From Octopus bimaculoides (lineage: Eukaryota): a DNA stretch of 64,000 nt. A model generated the notes under the pieces. The model did not search any database. It was given only the letters and a program-made list of their open reading frames with translations, and was not told where the DNA came from. The stretch is taken from contig NC_068989.1 of assembly GCF_001194135.2 (NCBI RefSeq), positions 85,721,111-85,785,110 on the forward strand, in the 5' to 3' direction. Below, one piece after another: positions 1 through 11,657 of this stretch. Position numbers and translations under genes: made by a program. The stretch's first letter is position 1. Each line of letters begins with the position of its first letter.

Positions 1-36
<36 letters not shown>

Positions 37-1263
37 GATTGTGTGAATATATATATATATATATATATATAATTCTTCAAGGTGGTGCCCCAGCATGGCC
101 ACAGTCAATGACTGAAACGAGTGAATGGTAAATTAAATGAAATACAGGTACTTGTGCATTGGTATAAATGATACAAGTTTATTTAAACGGTACTGTGCAA
201 AGTGCCAGCAAACTAGTCTGGCAACTGCAGGAATTTCAAGTTTCTGCTGGTAAATTAATATGAATGATAAGATGTTCCAGTGTCTGGGAAGCCAGTGTTG
301 TACCTGTATGTTGTGGAGAATATATATTAGATATATATAACAACAGGTGGTGCTAATAAATTAGGTATGGCCAGGACCAATTTTTTGCTGAAACATATAT
401 TTATGTATGTGTGTGTGTATGTATGTATGTATCATCATTATCAGAATCCCTCAAAGTCTGTCTTTCATGCTGGCATGTATTGGACAGTTTGACTAGAGCT
501 GGGAAACCTGAGGATTGTGTCGAGCTGCTCTGTCTGTTTATCTTCATCCATTTCATCATTTACAGAAATTTCAGTCGGAAATGACCACGAAATTGTTAAT
601 TTCAGACCATTGCGGACACAAAATTTTGGTTTCAAATTTTGGCAGAAGGTCAACAATTTCACAAGAGGGAGCAAGTTGATCACATTGAGCCCAGTGCTCA
701 ACTGGTACTTATTTTATTGACCCCAAAAGGATGAAAGGCAAAGTTGACCCCAGTGGCATTGTTGACATAAAATATTGCTTTCAAATCTTGGCACAAGGCC
801 AGCAATTTTTGGAGAGTAGGTAAGTCAGTTACATCAACTCCCAGTACAGCTGGTACTTATTTTATTGACCCCCAAAAGGATGAAAGGAAAAGTCAACCTC
901 AGTGGAATATTGTGACACAAAATCATCATCATCGTTTAACATCCGCTTTCCATGCTAGCATGTGTTGGACGATTTGACTGAGGATTGGTGAAACCAGATG
1001 GCTACACCAGGCTCCAATCTGATTTAGCAGAAAAATAATTAAAGTGAAAGATCAGTTGAGGAGACAGAGAATGAAGAGACCATGAACATGTAATGGGAAC
1101 AACATTGGTGCTAAACTGTCTACTTGCGTTCAGATCAGTTAACCTGTGGTGAACAGTACATGATTTAAGTACCTGAAATACAGATGTTGTACAGGCTTAC
1201 ATAGTTTGGACAATTTATATCCTATCATTGTTTATGTTTCTCCATTCATATTTTGCTATTTAA

Positions 1264-1484
1264 CCCTTTCGTTACTGTATTTATTTTGAGGTGCTCTGTG
1301 TTTCTCTCAATTATTTTAAATACAACAAAGAATTTAGTAAAATAAATTAGTTGACATTAAGCTAGTGTTAGGAACCTTAATTGTGATTAAGGTTTGGTGG
1401 AAGGTTTTAATTCAAAACTTATGAAATCAAGACATTTGTACTACAGAGCCAGAGCCGGTTTCAGCCGGGTTGGTAACGAAAGGG
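1264..1484. mobile_element. TTAA-flanked MITE, family 1 (piggyBac-like non-autonomous element)
   Basis: Perfect 12-bp TIRs CCCTTTCGTTAC / GTAACGAAAGGG with TTAA on both sides (1260-1263, 1485-1488); second copy at 5682-5903. Confidence 0.85.
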
Positions 1485-1511
1485 TTAAATCTATGTCTAA
1501 AACAAATTTAA

Positions 1512-1731
1512 CTCGTTAGCGTTCAGATTATTCTGTCAAATGTAATGCTTTATCATTCACATTGTTTTTAATTAATCATTCATTATCTCATAGCTTTGAA
1601 ATGTTGATGATGTGATTGTATATTTTTAGAATGGCATTGAAGGGTAGGTGTGATAGGCTGAACCTGTCTGGTTAGAAAATAAAAAAGGTAGCATATTTGG
1701 GCCAGATACAGCCAGTTTAAATGCTAAAGGG
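1512..1731 (+). mobile_element. TTAA-flanked MITE, family 2, copy A
   Basis: TTAA-CTCGTTAGC...GCTAAAGGG-CTAA; body homologous to 1736-1955, 7864-8083 and 17891-18102. Confidence 0.75.
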
Positions 1732-1735
1732 CTAA

Positions 1736-1955
1736 CCCTTTAGCATTTAGAGTACTCTGTCAAATGTAATGCTTATTTATTCACATTGATTTGAATTAAT
1801 CATGCATTACCTCATAGCTTTGAGGTTTCAATGATGTAATTGTTTATTTTTAGAATGACATTGTAGGATAGGTGTGCAAGGCCAGATCTGTGTGGTTTGA
1901 ACATAAAGCAGGAAGAATATTTTGGCTGGATATGGCTAGTTTAAATGCTAAAGGT
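1736..1955 (+). mobile_element. TTAA-flanked MITE, family 2, copy B (tandem with copy A)
   Basis: CCCTTTAGCATT...AATGCTAAAGGT-TTAA; shares the CTAA junction (1732-1735) with copy A. Confidence 0.8.
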
Positions 1956-2990
1956 TTAAAATTCCGAGTTTCATGCAGCCCCCTCCATTCACTATCTCTA
2001 TTTCACTGCCTTATGGCTATCACACATCTTACACACATCACATATTGTTCTCTGTATATACTCTCTGTTGTTTCACTACCATACACACACCATATATAGT
2101 TCTGTATATACACTATTCATATTTCATTACCATACAACGCTACTCCTTCATCATCACTACCATCATCATTTTGCATCTGCTTTCCATGCTGGCATGGGTT
2201 AGATGGTTTGTCTGAAACTGGTTTGTCTGTACAAGGTTCCAATCTGATTTGGCATGGTTTCTATGGCTGGATGCCCTCCCTAACACCAACCACCCCAAGA
2301 GTGTACTGGGTGCTTTTTATGTCCCACCAGCACAGGTGCCAGTTACATGACCTTATATACACACCGATCATAGTGTTTTATATACAATGTCTATGTTTCA
2401 CTGCCATATACTATCACATACCATACACACATTACATATAGTCTTCTATATATATCCACTGATATTTCACTAGCATACACCATCACATATCTTATAACAC
2501 ATCACATATAGCCTTCTATATACGCTGTCCATGTTTTGCTACTATATTCAATTATACATAATACCCACACTATATACAATCATCTACATGGAATGTTTCA
2601 CATTTCACTATTATACCTCATTGTACATTTTTTATTTGTGGTATGTAGTTCATATTGAGAAAAAACAGTTTTATCATAAAGGAAATGAAAGTTATCTATA
2701 ACTTGCAGTCACCTATCAGAGCAGTTCATGACCTGAACACATGGCTGTTTGCATTGTTAATTTCGCCACTGCAAAGGGTGCATCTAAACACTTGAATACA
2801 CCTCAATCTGCCCTAGATTCTGTTGTGTCAATAATATTGGTTTGTTGTCTAATCTCTTCCACTAGAGGAGGCAAGAAAGCTGAGTGAATAGATACAGATC
2901 AACGTGTCCATATCTAGTATACACAAGTGAAGTTGTATTAAATGAAGAAAGCCATTTATGTGTCGTACTTAATGTATACATACCATTGGT

Positions 2991-3286
2991 GAACTGGCAC
3001 TCTGTTGGTTACAACGACAAGGGTTCCAGTTGAAACGAAATTAATGTGCAAGGGGCTGAGCACTCTTCAGACACACGTACCCTTAATGTAGTTCTCAGGG
3101 AGATTCAGCATGACACAGAATGTGACAAGGCTGGCCTTTTCATATACGGGTACTATTTGTATTTTCTAGCTCCTTAAACTGGAGCAATGTGAAGTAAAGT
3201 GTCTTTACTCAAGGTTGCAATGTGCCACTGGGAATCGAACTCATGACCTTATGATCATGAACCGAATATCCTGACCACTAAGCTCC
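2991..3286 (-). mobile_element. tRNA-derived SINE (family D)
   Basis: The reverse strand begins with a tRNA-like head (TTAGTGGTCAGG A-box, GAGTTCGATTCCC B-box); a related head occurs at ~37690-37799. Confidence 0.7.
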
Positions 3287-4777
3287 GTTATTGCAGTATT
3301 TGTCCTGAGATAACATCTCTTATGGACATGCTTTGTTAAAAATGATAAATACCGCGAGTGAGTTGAAAATTCATCCCAACAGCAGCCAGTGGGAATACCA
3401 AATGCATTTTGGTCTTTTTAATAACATGTACTCACAGCCAACCACGAGCTACATCAAGGTTTTGTTGCCTCTGATAAAGGAAATGTTGCATGTTATTGCA
3501 AAGGCCCAAAAGGCTGAAATGGACCTAACATTTTTGCTGGCCACTGTAGGATAAATTTTCATTTCCTCCAATATTTATTTTTTAATGCATCATGTCAATA
3601 AGAGATGTTGACCTCAGGATGTATTCTGTGGTAACTGGTCTGTCAGTGATGTATTTACATTAAGTATGATTCACAGGTAGCTATTTTACTTGTTCATATG
3701 TTATGACTTCAGTTTGTGCCATGATAACTCTCATGTCCATTTTGACATATGAATGTCCAGTTGTTTAATCAACCAGACAATCTGCTCATTAGATTTGTGG
3801 CTAAGTTCCACAGACTCAGTGATAGACATGTGTGACACAGTTGTACCCTTTTGAATTATAGGTTCAGTACATCTGCTAGGCTTCCACACACTTTCCATCT
3901 CCTCAGTTTCACTCACAGAGCTTGATGGTACCATGTGAAAAGTGTTCATGCTGAAGCCATGTAAAAAACCGCCAGCACACTCTATAAAGTGGTTGGTGTT
4001 AGGAAGGGCATCCAGTCATAGAAACCATGCCAGGTGCAGTTCTCTGGTTTGCCAGCTCCTGTCAAACCATCCAGCCCATGCCAGCATGGAAACAGACATA
4101 AAATGATGATGATGATGTTGTGTCTAGAAGGGAAGTCTGATGGTTTATGAAATGGTAGGTGGAGTTGTGTGCTCAGTGGCATTGTCTTTCACACATGATT
4201 GCATTTCAGCAAGTCTAGAGTAGTAGAGCATGTGACATAGTGTATTTCGTGATCAAGAAGTTTCTTTTTTTTAAATGTGGCTTGTTTATTCAAATGCAGT
4301 AAAATTTTCTTTTTCTCGATTAATGTGGGCTATCAAGGAAAATAGGATATTGTCTTGGAAATACAATATGTTTAATTGTGAAACAATATTGTTTTGGTTA
4401 GAAAACTTCAAACTGATTAGCTCTATATTGAAAAAAAACCCAAAAAACAAAAAAACTGCACCAGCAAGTGTGAACAGTTTGAACAGTGCAAAATATTGAG
4501 ACCATTAGGACAAACTGTAATGAATGGCCTTTGTTGTTCTGTATCAAATTGTGTTGCTGCATTAGACATCTCAAATTGCTGTGCACAGATGATTCTGTGC
4601 CTTGATTTTAATTTTCAGCTTTATAAGGTTACAATTATATCATAGGGAACATGGAAATAATTATTAGCATCATCATTTTCCATACTTTTCTCGGCCATTA
4701 GGTGATTTAACCAATACACTGCTTATTTGAGCTAGTGCTACTATTCCCAAGATTCCGAGTTCGGTTCCAGGCAGTGA

Positions 4778-4811
<34 letters not shown>

Positions 4812-5001
4812 TAATAATAAAAATTACTATTTGTCAAGAAAATACTGCAATTCCTCATGATATGGTATGTTACACAATTCAGAACTTTCAGGCTATGCTA
4901 CAATATATGTGAGTGAAATAATGGAGAGCATTTAAATGATGTTATTTTTCAAGACGAGCCGGACAGTTTCTGATGTCTTAATATGTTTATAAATAGCATA
5001 C

Positions 5002-5450
5002 AGGCACAAACATGGCTGTGTGGTTAGGAAGCTTGCTCCCAGACCATGTGGCCTTAGATTCAATTCCAATGCACAACACCTTGGGCAAGTGTCTCTTTTA
5101 TATTTCTGAGCTGATCAAAGCCTTGTGAGCGGATTTAGTACACCAAAACTGAAAGAAACTTGTCATATCTATATCTCTATCTGTCTGTCTGTGTTTGTGT
5201 GTGTGTGTGCCTTTCTGTAGACACCATGTAATAGTTGTAGATGAGCAGCATCCAGCATCATCATGCAAGCGAGATTGTTCATTTCCGGACTTCTGTGAAA
5301 AACATATCTAGCTATAGGAAAGTATTACCTTGCCTGGAAACAGGTGAGGGTTGGTGACAGGTAGAGCATCTGGCTGTCGAAAATTTACCTTAACAAATTC
5401 CCTCTTTACCCATGAAAGCATGGAAAAGTGGACATTAAATAATGATGATA
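5002..5450 (+). mobile_element. SINE with family-A head and a different (GAT)n-ending tail
   Basis: 5' part matches family A (GGCTGTGTGG...CCTTGGGCAAGTGTC...GAAACTGAAAGAA); 3' part ends GCATGGAAAAGTGGACATTAAATAATGATGAT. Confidence 0.65.
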
Positions 5451-5681
5451 TATTGCTCTGTATGTATAGGCAATAATGGTTGCTAATACCCTGTTTATAA
5501 ATACAAAATTCAAGTAATATCATGTCTGATGATATAATGTATAGGTACATACCATTAGTGCTCAGGTTGACTTGTTACCTAAAAGCTCCAACTTGAATTG
5601 CAAACTAAAAGCAGAGATATTGCAGCTGCATAATGATGGTTGGCTATAGGGAGTAATCAGTTGAGCTGGTACATGCATTAA

Positions 5682-5903
5682 CCCTTTGGTTACCGTATTT
5701 ATTTTTTGATGCTTTGTGTTTCTTTCAATTAATTTTAAATATAACAAAGAATTTAGTAGAATAACTTAGTTATCATTAAGCTAGTGTTAGGAACATAAAT
5801 TGTGACTAAAGTTTGGTGGAAGATTTTAATTCAAAACTTATGAAAGCAAGACATTTGTAGTACAGAGCCAGAATTGGTTTCAGCCTGGTTGGTATTGAAA
5901 GGG
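5682..5903. mobile_element. TTAA-flanked MITE, family 1, second copy
   Basis: TTAA-CCCTTTGGTTAC...GTATTGAAAGGG-TTAA; colinear with 1264-1484. Confidence 0.85.
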
Positions 5904-6058
5904 TTAAAGCGGTAAAAGTATAAACAGGCAAAATGACTGGTTCTCAACTGGTTTTTACCTATGGACCCCTTTGAGTACTATTTCTTACTGGTGGACCTCC
6001 CCTTAGCCATTAATAAGTAGGTGATGTCAGTGTACATGTGCTACAGAGCACTGATGTA

Positions 6059-6290
6059 TTGAGAGAAGAGTTGGGCATAAGGGGAATTATAGGCAGTGTT
6101 CAAGAGAGGAGACTGTGCTAGTTTGGTCATGTGATGCAGATGGATGAGGACAGATGCATAAAGAAATGCAGATCACTTTAAGTGGAGGGAAGTTGTTGAA
6201 GAGAGAGACCCAGGAAGATATGAGATGAAGTATTAAACGTTGTCCTCAAAACACTGAGCCTTGCAAAGGAGATGACAGAGAACTGAGAGT
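6059..6290 (+). mobile_element. Decayed RTE-clade LINE, ORF2 C-terminal fragment
   Basis: One frame reads LREELGIRGIIGSVQERRLC*FGHVMQMDEDRCIKKCRSL*VEGSC*RERPRKI*DEVL. This resembles the RLRWFGHV.RM...GRPRK.W motif of RTE ORF2 tails, with Trp codons turned into stops. Confidence 0.75.
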
Positions 6291-7124
6291 GTGATGCATT
6301 GCTGTACTTAAGAAGAACCACCCACCATGACAGAATTGACATCCTAAAAGCAAGATGCCACATAAAAAGCATTGGTGTGGGTGATGGTGCCATGTAAAAA
6401 GCACCCAGTACACTCTGTAAAGTGGTTGGTGTTATGAAGGGCATCCAGCCTTAGAAACCAAACCTAAACAGACAGGTGTGTTCCCCGGCCTTGCCAGTTT
6501 GTGTCAAGCTGTCCAACCCATGCCAGCATGGAAAATAGATGTTAAATATGGATGATGATGATGATGATAGGTATTTCTTTCAAAATTCCTGTTTAATTTT
6601 TCACAGATTCATTTGTATAGTAGTTGTATGCTGTCAACTTAATGTGACAGTCCCCTGAAGGGAATGATACTACTGTTGGTTAGACCTAGGAAGCTGAACC
6701 GCTTCCTGTCAGCCTTGCCGCATTTCCTGTGTCCTTATGTTTACAAGGGGATGACAAGCACCTTCACCCAGCTAAGTCTGCATCCAGAGACATGTTTCTG
6801 AGTCTTTGCTCGTCATCAGTCTGGAGGAATAGTAGAAGTATCATTGAATAATGAGAGAGAGAGAGAAAGAAAGAGAGCAACAGGAATAATAAGCCCATAG
6901 TTAAATGTTTGTTGCAGACAGTTTTATTTGACTGACTGCACATATTAGTGAGTTGAAAACTCTGAATTTTTAATCTGCATTATCAGACACACACATAAGC
7001 ACACATATTTTTGTTGAAAGCTGTTGATTCACTGTTTCCAACATTTCCATTCTTTCTACATCTGTCTTTGCCAATCTTTATTTGCTGCTATCATTCTTCT
7101 CATTCAATCTCTGTTTTATTCCAG

Positions 7125-7178
7125 TTTGTGCCAAAGAGATAAAGAATCAGAATCTGAAACAGACCAGTTGTATTTCAA
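7125..7178 (+). CDS. PRMT6: PRMT6-like methyltransferase, first located exon (LCQRDKESESETDQLYF)
   Basis: ttccag acceptor and gtgagt donor; 54 nt, phases fit the next exon; DQLYF matches the PRMT6 DQLYY motif. The upstream start exon was not located. Confidence 0.8.
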
Positions 7179-7863
7179 GTGAGTTCTATTCCTGTTTACC
7201 ATTTTTTATTCATATATGATGCACACTCCCCTGATTATGGGTTTGAAATCCCAGAAGTGTATTGTCTGGCATTATTGAAGATAATAGGGAGCTGGTGAGC
7301 TCTTTAATGATCTGACTCAGCATGTGTCTATTTGAAGGCCAAAGAATGACAGCAGGGAGAGGGCACCTGTCCTTAATGCTCAGGGTATGCCTAGATTGGT
7401 TGGGGTCTTTGATTGGCCTTAGGTGGGTCCCCCTGCCATTAGACACTTTTCCATGTTATTTCGTTATCTTTTGTTTTTACTCCATATAAGCCCTTCCTCC
7501 ACTCTTTTCTCTCATGTTCTTTGTATTGTGCCTGCTCTTCGACCTCTTGTGGCTAAGAGATTGATTATACTACATTCCTGCCTGTCTCATTCATTAATTT
7601 CCCTTCTGTGGTCTTTCCTTTATCTGTAGTAAGGCCTTGTTTTTCAATAGCAGAATCGGAAAAATGACATTGCAAGTGAAATGGAACAGTAAAGGATTTA
7701 TACTGCCAATATTCAATGTACAGATACATTCAGTTTACTAAATACCTATAGTATTTGTAACCAAGTGGTTGAGAGTTCAATCCCATTGGATGTAGCCTTA
7801 GGTCAGTGTTGAAGCTCACTAGATGGACTGTACCTATTTTTGGAATCTGTTACCCTAGCTTAA

Positions 7864-8083
7864 ACCTTTAACATTTAAGCTGGCCGTATCCAGCCCAAAT
7901 ATTCTACTTGGCTTTATGATCAAACTGGTCAGATTTGGCCTCTCGTACCTACCCTTCAATGTCATTCTAAAAATAAACAATCACATCATTGAAATCTTGA
8001 AGCTACAACATAATGCATAATTAATTCAAAATAATACGAATAATAAGAATCACTTTTAACATAGTAATTTGAATGCTAAATGG
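7864..8083 (-). mobile_element. TTAA-flanked MITE, family 2 (reverse orientation)
   Basis: TTAA at 7860-7863 and 8084-8087; reverse complement of the 1736-1955 body. Confidence 0.75.
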
Positions 8084-8763
8084 TTAACACCACAATTGCT
8101 CATGGCTACCTTTAGTAGAGTCCACTATTAGAAGCTTTCTAAGCCACTATCGTTCCCAGGTCAGCTCTGATCCAGAATAGTAGCACTCACCAGAGCCCCA
8201 TCTATTGGTTAATTAACATGACACAGAAGGTTACTCACAGATACTCCGGTGGACCCAGGGCAGATAAAGTTCTTCAGCTCTTTAGCTACTCATCCTAGAG
8301 AAGGTAGCTCCATGCAAATCTTGCATCCTGCTAACTACTGGAATTGTAGCACTTGTTGTACCAGGCTGATACAAGTTTGAAAGATGAGAAAGTGGATCTG
8401 GCTCTACACAAACCATACCCCTCTATTCATTGTGTGGGGCCCTGCTACCAGATACAGTTTAAAGTCATACCCAGGACTTTGTAGGATCAGTAATATATAT
8501 TACATTGCTGATTTTCAAATCCAGAAAGACAAAATGCAGTAAAGTCAGTTCTTGGTAAATATTTAAACTAAAAACATGAAGACATTACAAATACCACACA
8601 TCATTTCTTTAGTCCAATATTCTACCATCTCTGCCATTCCATCAGCTCTTTTGTCCCCACAACATTGTGTGCCCTCATTCTCAAACAAACACATTGTACT
8701 CCCTTCCCCACCTCCGACATTTTGTAATACTTTGTTTTCTAATTACCTCTTAACTACTTGCAG

Positions 8764-8829
8764 TGGCTATGCTAGTATAGAAGTACACGAAGAGATGCTT
8801 ATGGACACTGTCCGCACAATGACCTACAG
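8764..8829 (+). CDS. PRMT6: PRMT6-like exon (N-GYASIEVHEEMLMDTVRTMTY-R)
   Basis: ttgcag/gtgagg boundaries, 66 nt; conserved HEEMxxDxVRT motif. Confidence 0.95.
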
Positions 8830-9003
8830 GTGAGGAATTGCTCAATATTTTATTTACCTTTGCTGTTGTGTTCTTGCTTCATTTTTCTCTTCGTGTTTCA
8901 ATTTATTTTGTTGCATTTTTGTCATATGTATTTTTCCTTTGTATAAATATTTATGGAGAGCCAAAGACAGTAAGGTTAGGGTGCCACACAATGATGAATT
9001 TAA

Positions 9004-9193
9004 ACCTTTCTGTGACCATCTTTCTTATAAAATACACTACCCCTGAATGTGTCAGTTAATTTTGAAATTCATCAAGAATTAAGTTAGTTTTTGGAACATG
9101 ATAAAGCAGTATCTTATGTAAAATTATGTTGGGTTAGGGTTAGGGTTAGGGTTAGGGTTAGGGTTACAATATAAACATTTTAAAATGAAAGGT
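9004..9193. mobile_element. Probable TTAA-flanked MITE containing an internal telomere-type repeat
   Basis: TTAA-ACCTTTC at the left end and GAAAGGT-T-TTAA at the right; short TIR similar to families 1 and 2. Confidence 0.5.
9131..9166 (+). repeat. Interstitial (GGGTTA)6 telomere-type repeat
   Basis: 36 bp of perfect GGGTTA units read directly. Confidence 0.95.
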
Positions 9194-9287
9194 TTTAAAT
9201 TCTAGAATATATAAGTGCATGCACATTCACAGACACACGGACACGGACACACATATAATGTTTACAAATATATAAAATAAAAAAAAT

Positions 9288-9616
9288 TGGCTGTGAGGTA
9301 AGTAGCTTGCTTACCAACCACATGGTTCCAGTTTCAGTCCCACTGCATGGCACCTTGGGCAAGTGTCTTCTGCTGTAGCCTCAGGCCGACCAAAGCCTTG
9401 TGAGTGGATTTAGTAGACGGAAACTGAAAGAAGCCTGCTGTGTGTGTGTGTGTCTATGTTTATTTCCCCAACATCGCTTACCTGTCGATGCTGGTGTTTA
9501 CGTCCCCATAAATTAGCAGTTCAGCAAAGAGACCTATAGAATAAGTATTAGGCATACAAAGAATAAGTCCTGGAGTCGAATTGCTCGACTAAAGGCGGTG
9601 CTCCAGCATGGCCACA
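9288..9616 (+). mobile_element. tRNA-derived SINE, family A (runs into gap)
   Basis: Colinear with the full-length copy at 14247-14680. Confidence 0.8.
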
Positions 9617-10626
9617 NNNNNNNNNNNNNNNNNNNNNNNNNNNNNNNNNNNNNNNNNNNNNNNNNNNNNNNNNNNNNNNNNNNNNNNNNNNNNNNNNNNN
9701 NNNNNNNNNNNNNNNNNNNNNNNNNNNNNNNNNNNNNNNNNNNNNNNNNNNNNNNNNNNNNNNGTATAGTCTGCTTTTGAGTATAATATGCAGGGGATTT
9801 TTAGGGGTCTGTACCTCTGAAAAACCTAAACCTTGTGTATGATACGCACCCCTTCTCTAACTTGAGTCAGGAAGGTCTATATAATGTCCTTGGTTTGTAA
9901 ACATATATCCGGTAACGTCCTTTATTATTATTGTATATATAACATAATGCAACCGTGTAGCTTTTTTGTGCACTTTGTTTGCAGAAAATAAAGAAATAAC
10001 AGTGAAAAATAAATATTAAGTAAATTGCCTTTACATATTTATCACTTAGAAAATTTTGCTTAGAAAATATTTTGTATATTTTTAACCTCATATATAGTAC
10101 ACACTGGAAATTTTGACCTTTAAATTTTGGGAAAAAAGTGCAGATTATACTTGAGGATTTACGGTAAACCCTCATTACAGTTATTGTGTTGAGTGTCTTA
10201 CATAAGTTACATTACACTGTATCTGTGTGTGTGTGTGTATGAGTGCTTCAGTTTACATAGAAGCAACAGTAGTTGTAGAAAATAAGAAATGCTGAACCAA
10301 TATCTTCATTATTTACATCATTTACATTTGACGGATATTTGTCCTCATCTTGTTTGTTGTTAACACAACGTTTCAGCTGATATACCCTCCAACCTTCATC
10401 AGATGTCTTGGGGAAATTTCAAACCTGGGTTCTCATTCCTAAGGTATTTTTCGTTGTTGTTGTTGTCGTCGTCGTCGCGCCGCCTTCAAAAGTGCTTCAA
10501 AATGGTGCCCCAGCATGGCCGCAGTCCAATGACTGAAACAAGTAAACGATAAAAGATAGATAGATAGATATCCTATGCTATAACCACACCCGTCTGACAC
10601 TAACCGAAATGTTTATTATATTCCAG

Positions 10627-10694
10627 GGAGGCAATTCTCAAGAATCAGGAATTATTTAAAGACAAAGTCATTGCTGACATTGGCGCTGGTACAG
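10627..10694 (+). CDS. PRMT6: PRMT6-like exon, SAM-binding motif I (EAILKNQELFKDKVIADIGAGT-G)
   Basis: ttccag/gtaggt boundaries, 68 nt, phases consistent with neighbours; DxGxGxG motif. Confidence 0.95.
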
Positions 10695-11531
10695 GTAGGT
10701 TCATCTTTCTGCCTTCCCCATATTCTCTCACCTTGCACATTCCCTATTTTCTCATATGTCTATAGCTTTATTATACTGCTGCTGCTCCACCCTTCCTTGT
10801 ACTGTCACTTGTTACCTCCACCTTTGTGAGTCTCTCCTATATCTTTCAGTGCCCACCCCTGCTAATATTTATCATTGACCACACCTCTACCCCTATTTCT
10901 AGTCTTCCCAATCCCACGACTGTGTTTTCTCTTATACTCCTCGTTGTACCTTGAGAGTACATTCTGACATCTTGTCGCCAACATCTTGTATCGTGTTTCC
11001 AGCTAATTCCACCTAATCTTTTATAATGTGGGTTAACCATGTATCTCCTGTATAGCAAGACACTTGTACCTGTTCCTCTATCATAATTTAGCCTCTCTAC
11101 CCCTGGTATGAAGCCCTCTCATCCTCCACTACAAATCCACTCAGCCCAGGGGTTTCTTTTTTTGCTTTGTGAGATACTTGGCAACTTCAACTTCATTAGT
11201 GCCAGTGTCATGAAAATGTACACAATACGCTCTGTAAAGTGTTTGATGTTAGGAAGGACATGCAGCTGTAGAAATCATGCCAAAACAGACACTGGAGGTC
11301 GATGTAGTCCTCCAGATAGTCGGATGCTGTCAAACTATCCAACCCATGCCAGCATGGAAAACAGGCATTAAATGATGGTTATATATATATATATATATAT
11401 ATATTAATCAACTGAGCTGAAAAGTTACAAAAATTTCAAAAATGACTCAAGAGTCAGAGTTTTGTGCATGATAATATGCCATACATGAAATTCAGCCCTT
11501 GAGTCACTTTTGTAACCTTTCAATTGATTAA

Positions 11532-11570
<39 letters not shown>

Positions 11571-11615
11571 CATACGCATATATTGATACTAATATTTGTA
11601 TGTTTTCTATTTCAG

Positions 11616-11657
11616 GAATTCTTAGTATATTTTGCATTCATGCTGGTGCCAAGAAAG
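11616..11657 (+). CDS. PRMT6: PRMT6-like exon (ILSIFCIHAGAKK)
   Basis: tttcag/gtagga boundaries, 42 nt; matches GILSIFCxxAGA. Confidence 0.95.

Noticed and set aside
3333-3554. 73-aa ORF in non-repeat sequence (also 59020-59283 and 63249-63800)
   Set aside because: No recognisable domain or convincing splice signals; length is within chance for this base composition.
3666-3676. Candidate PRMT6 start exon ATGATTCACAG|gtagc with the right phase
   Set aside because: Too short and unconserved to support, with no promoter-like context; the start exon may lie upstream of the window.
9131-9166. Chromosome end or fusion site
   Set aside because: Only 36 bp, single orientation, inside an intron.
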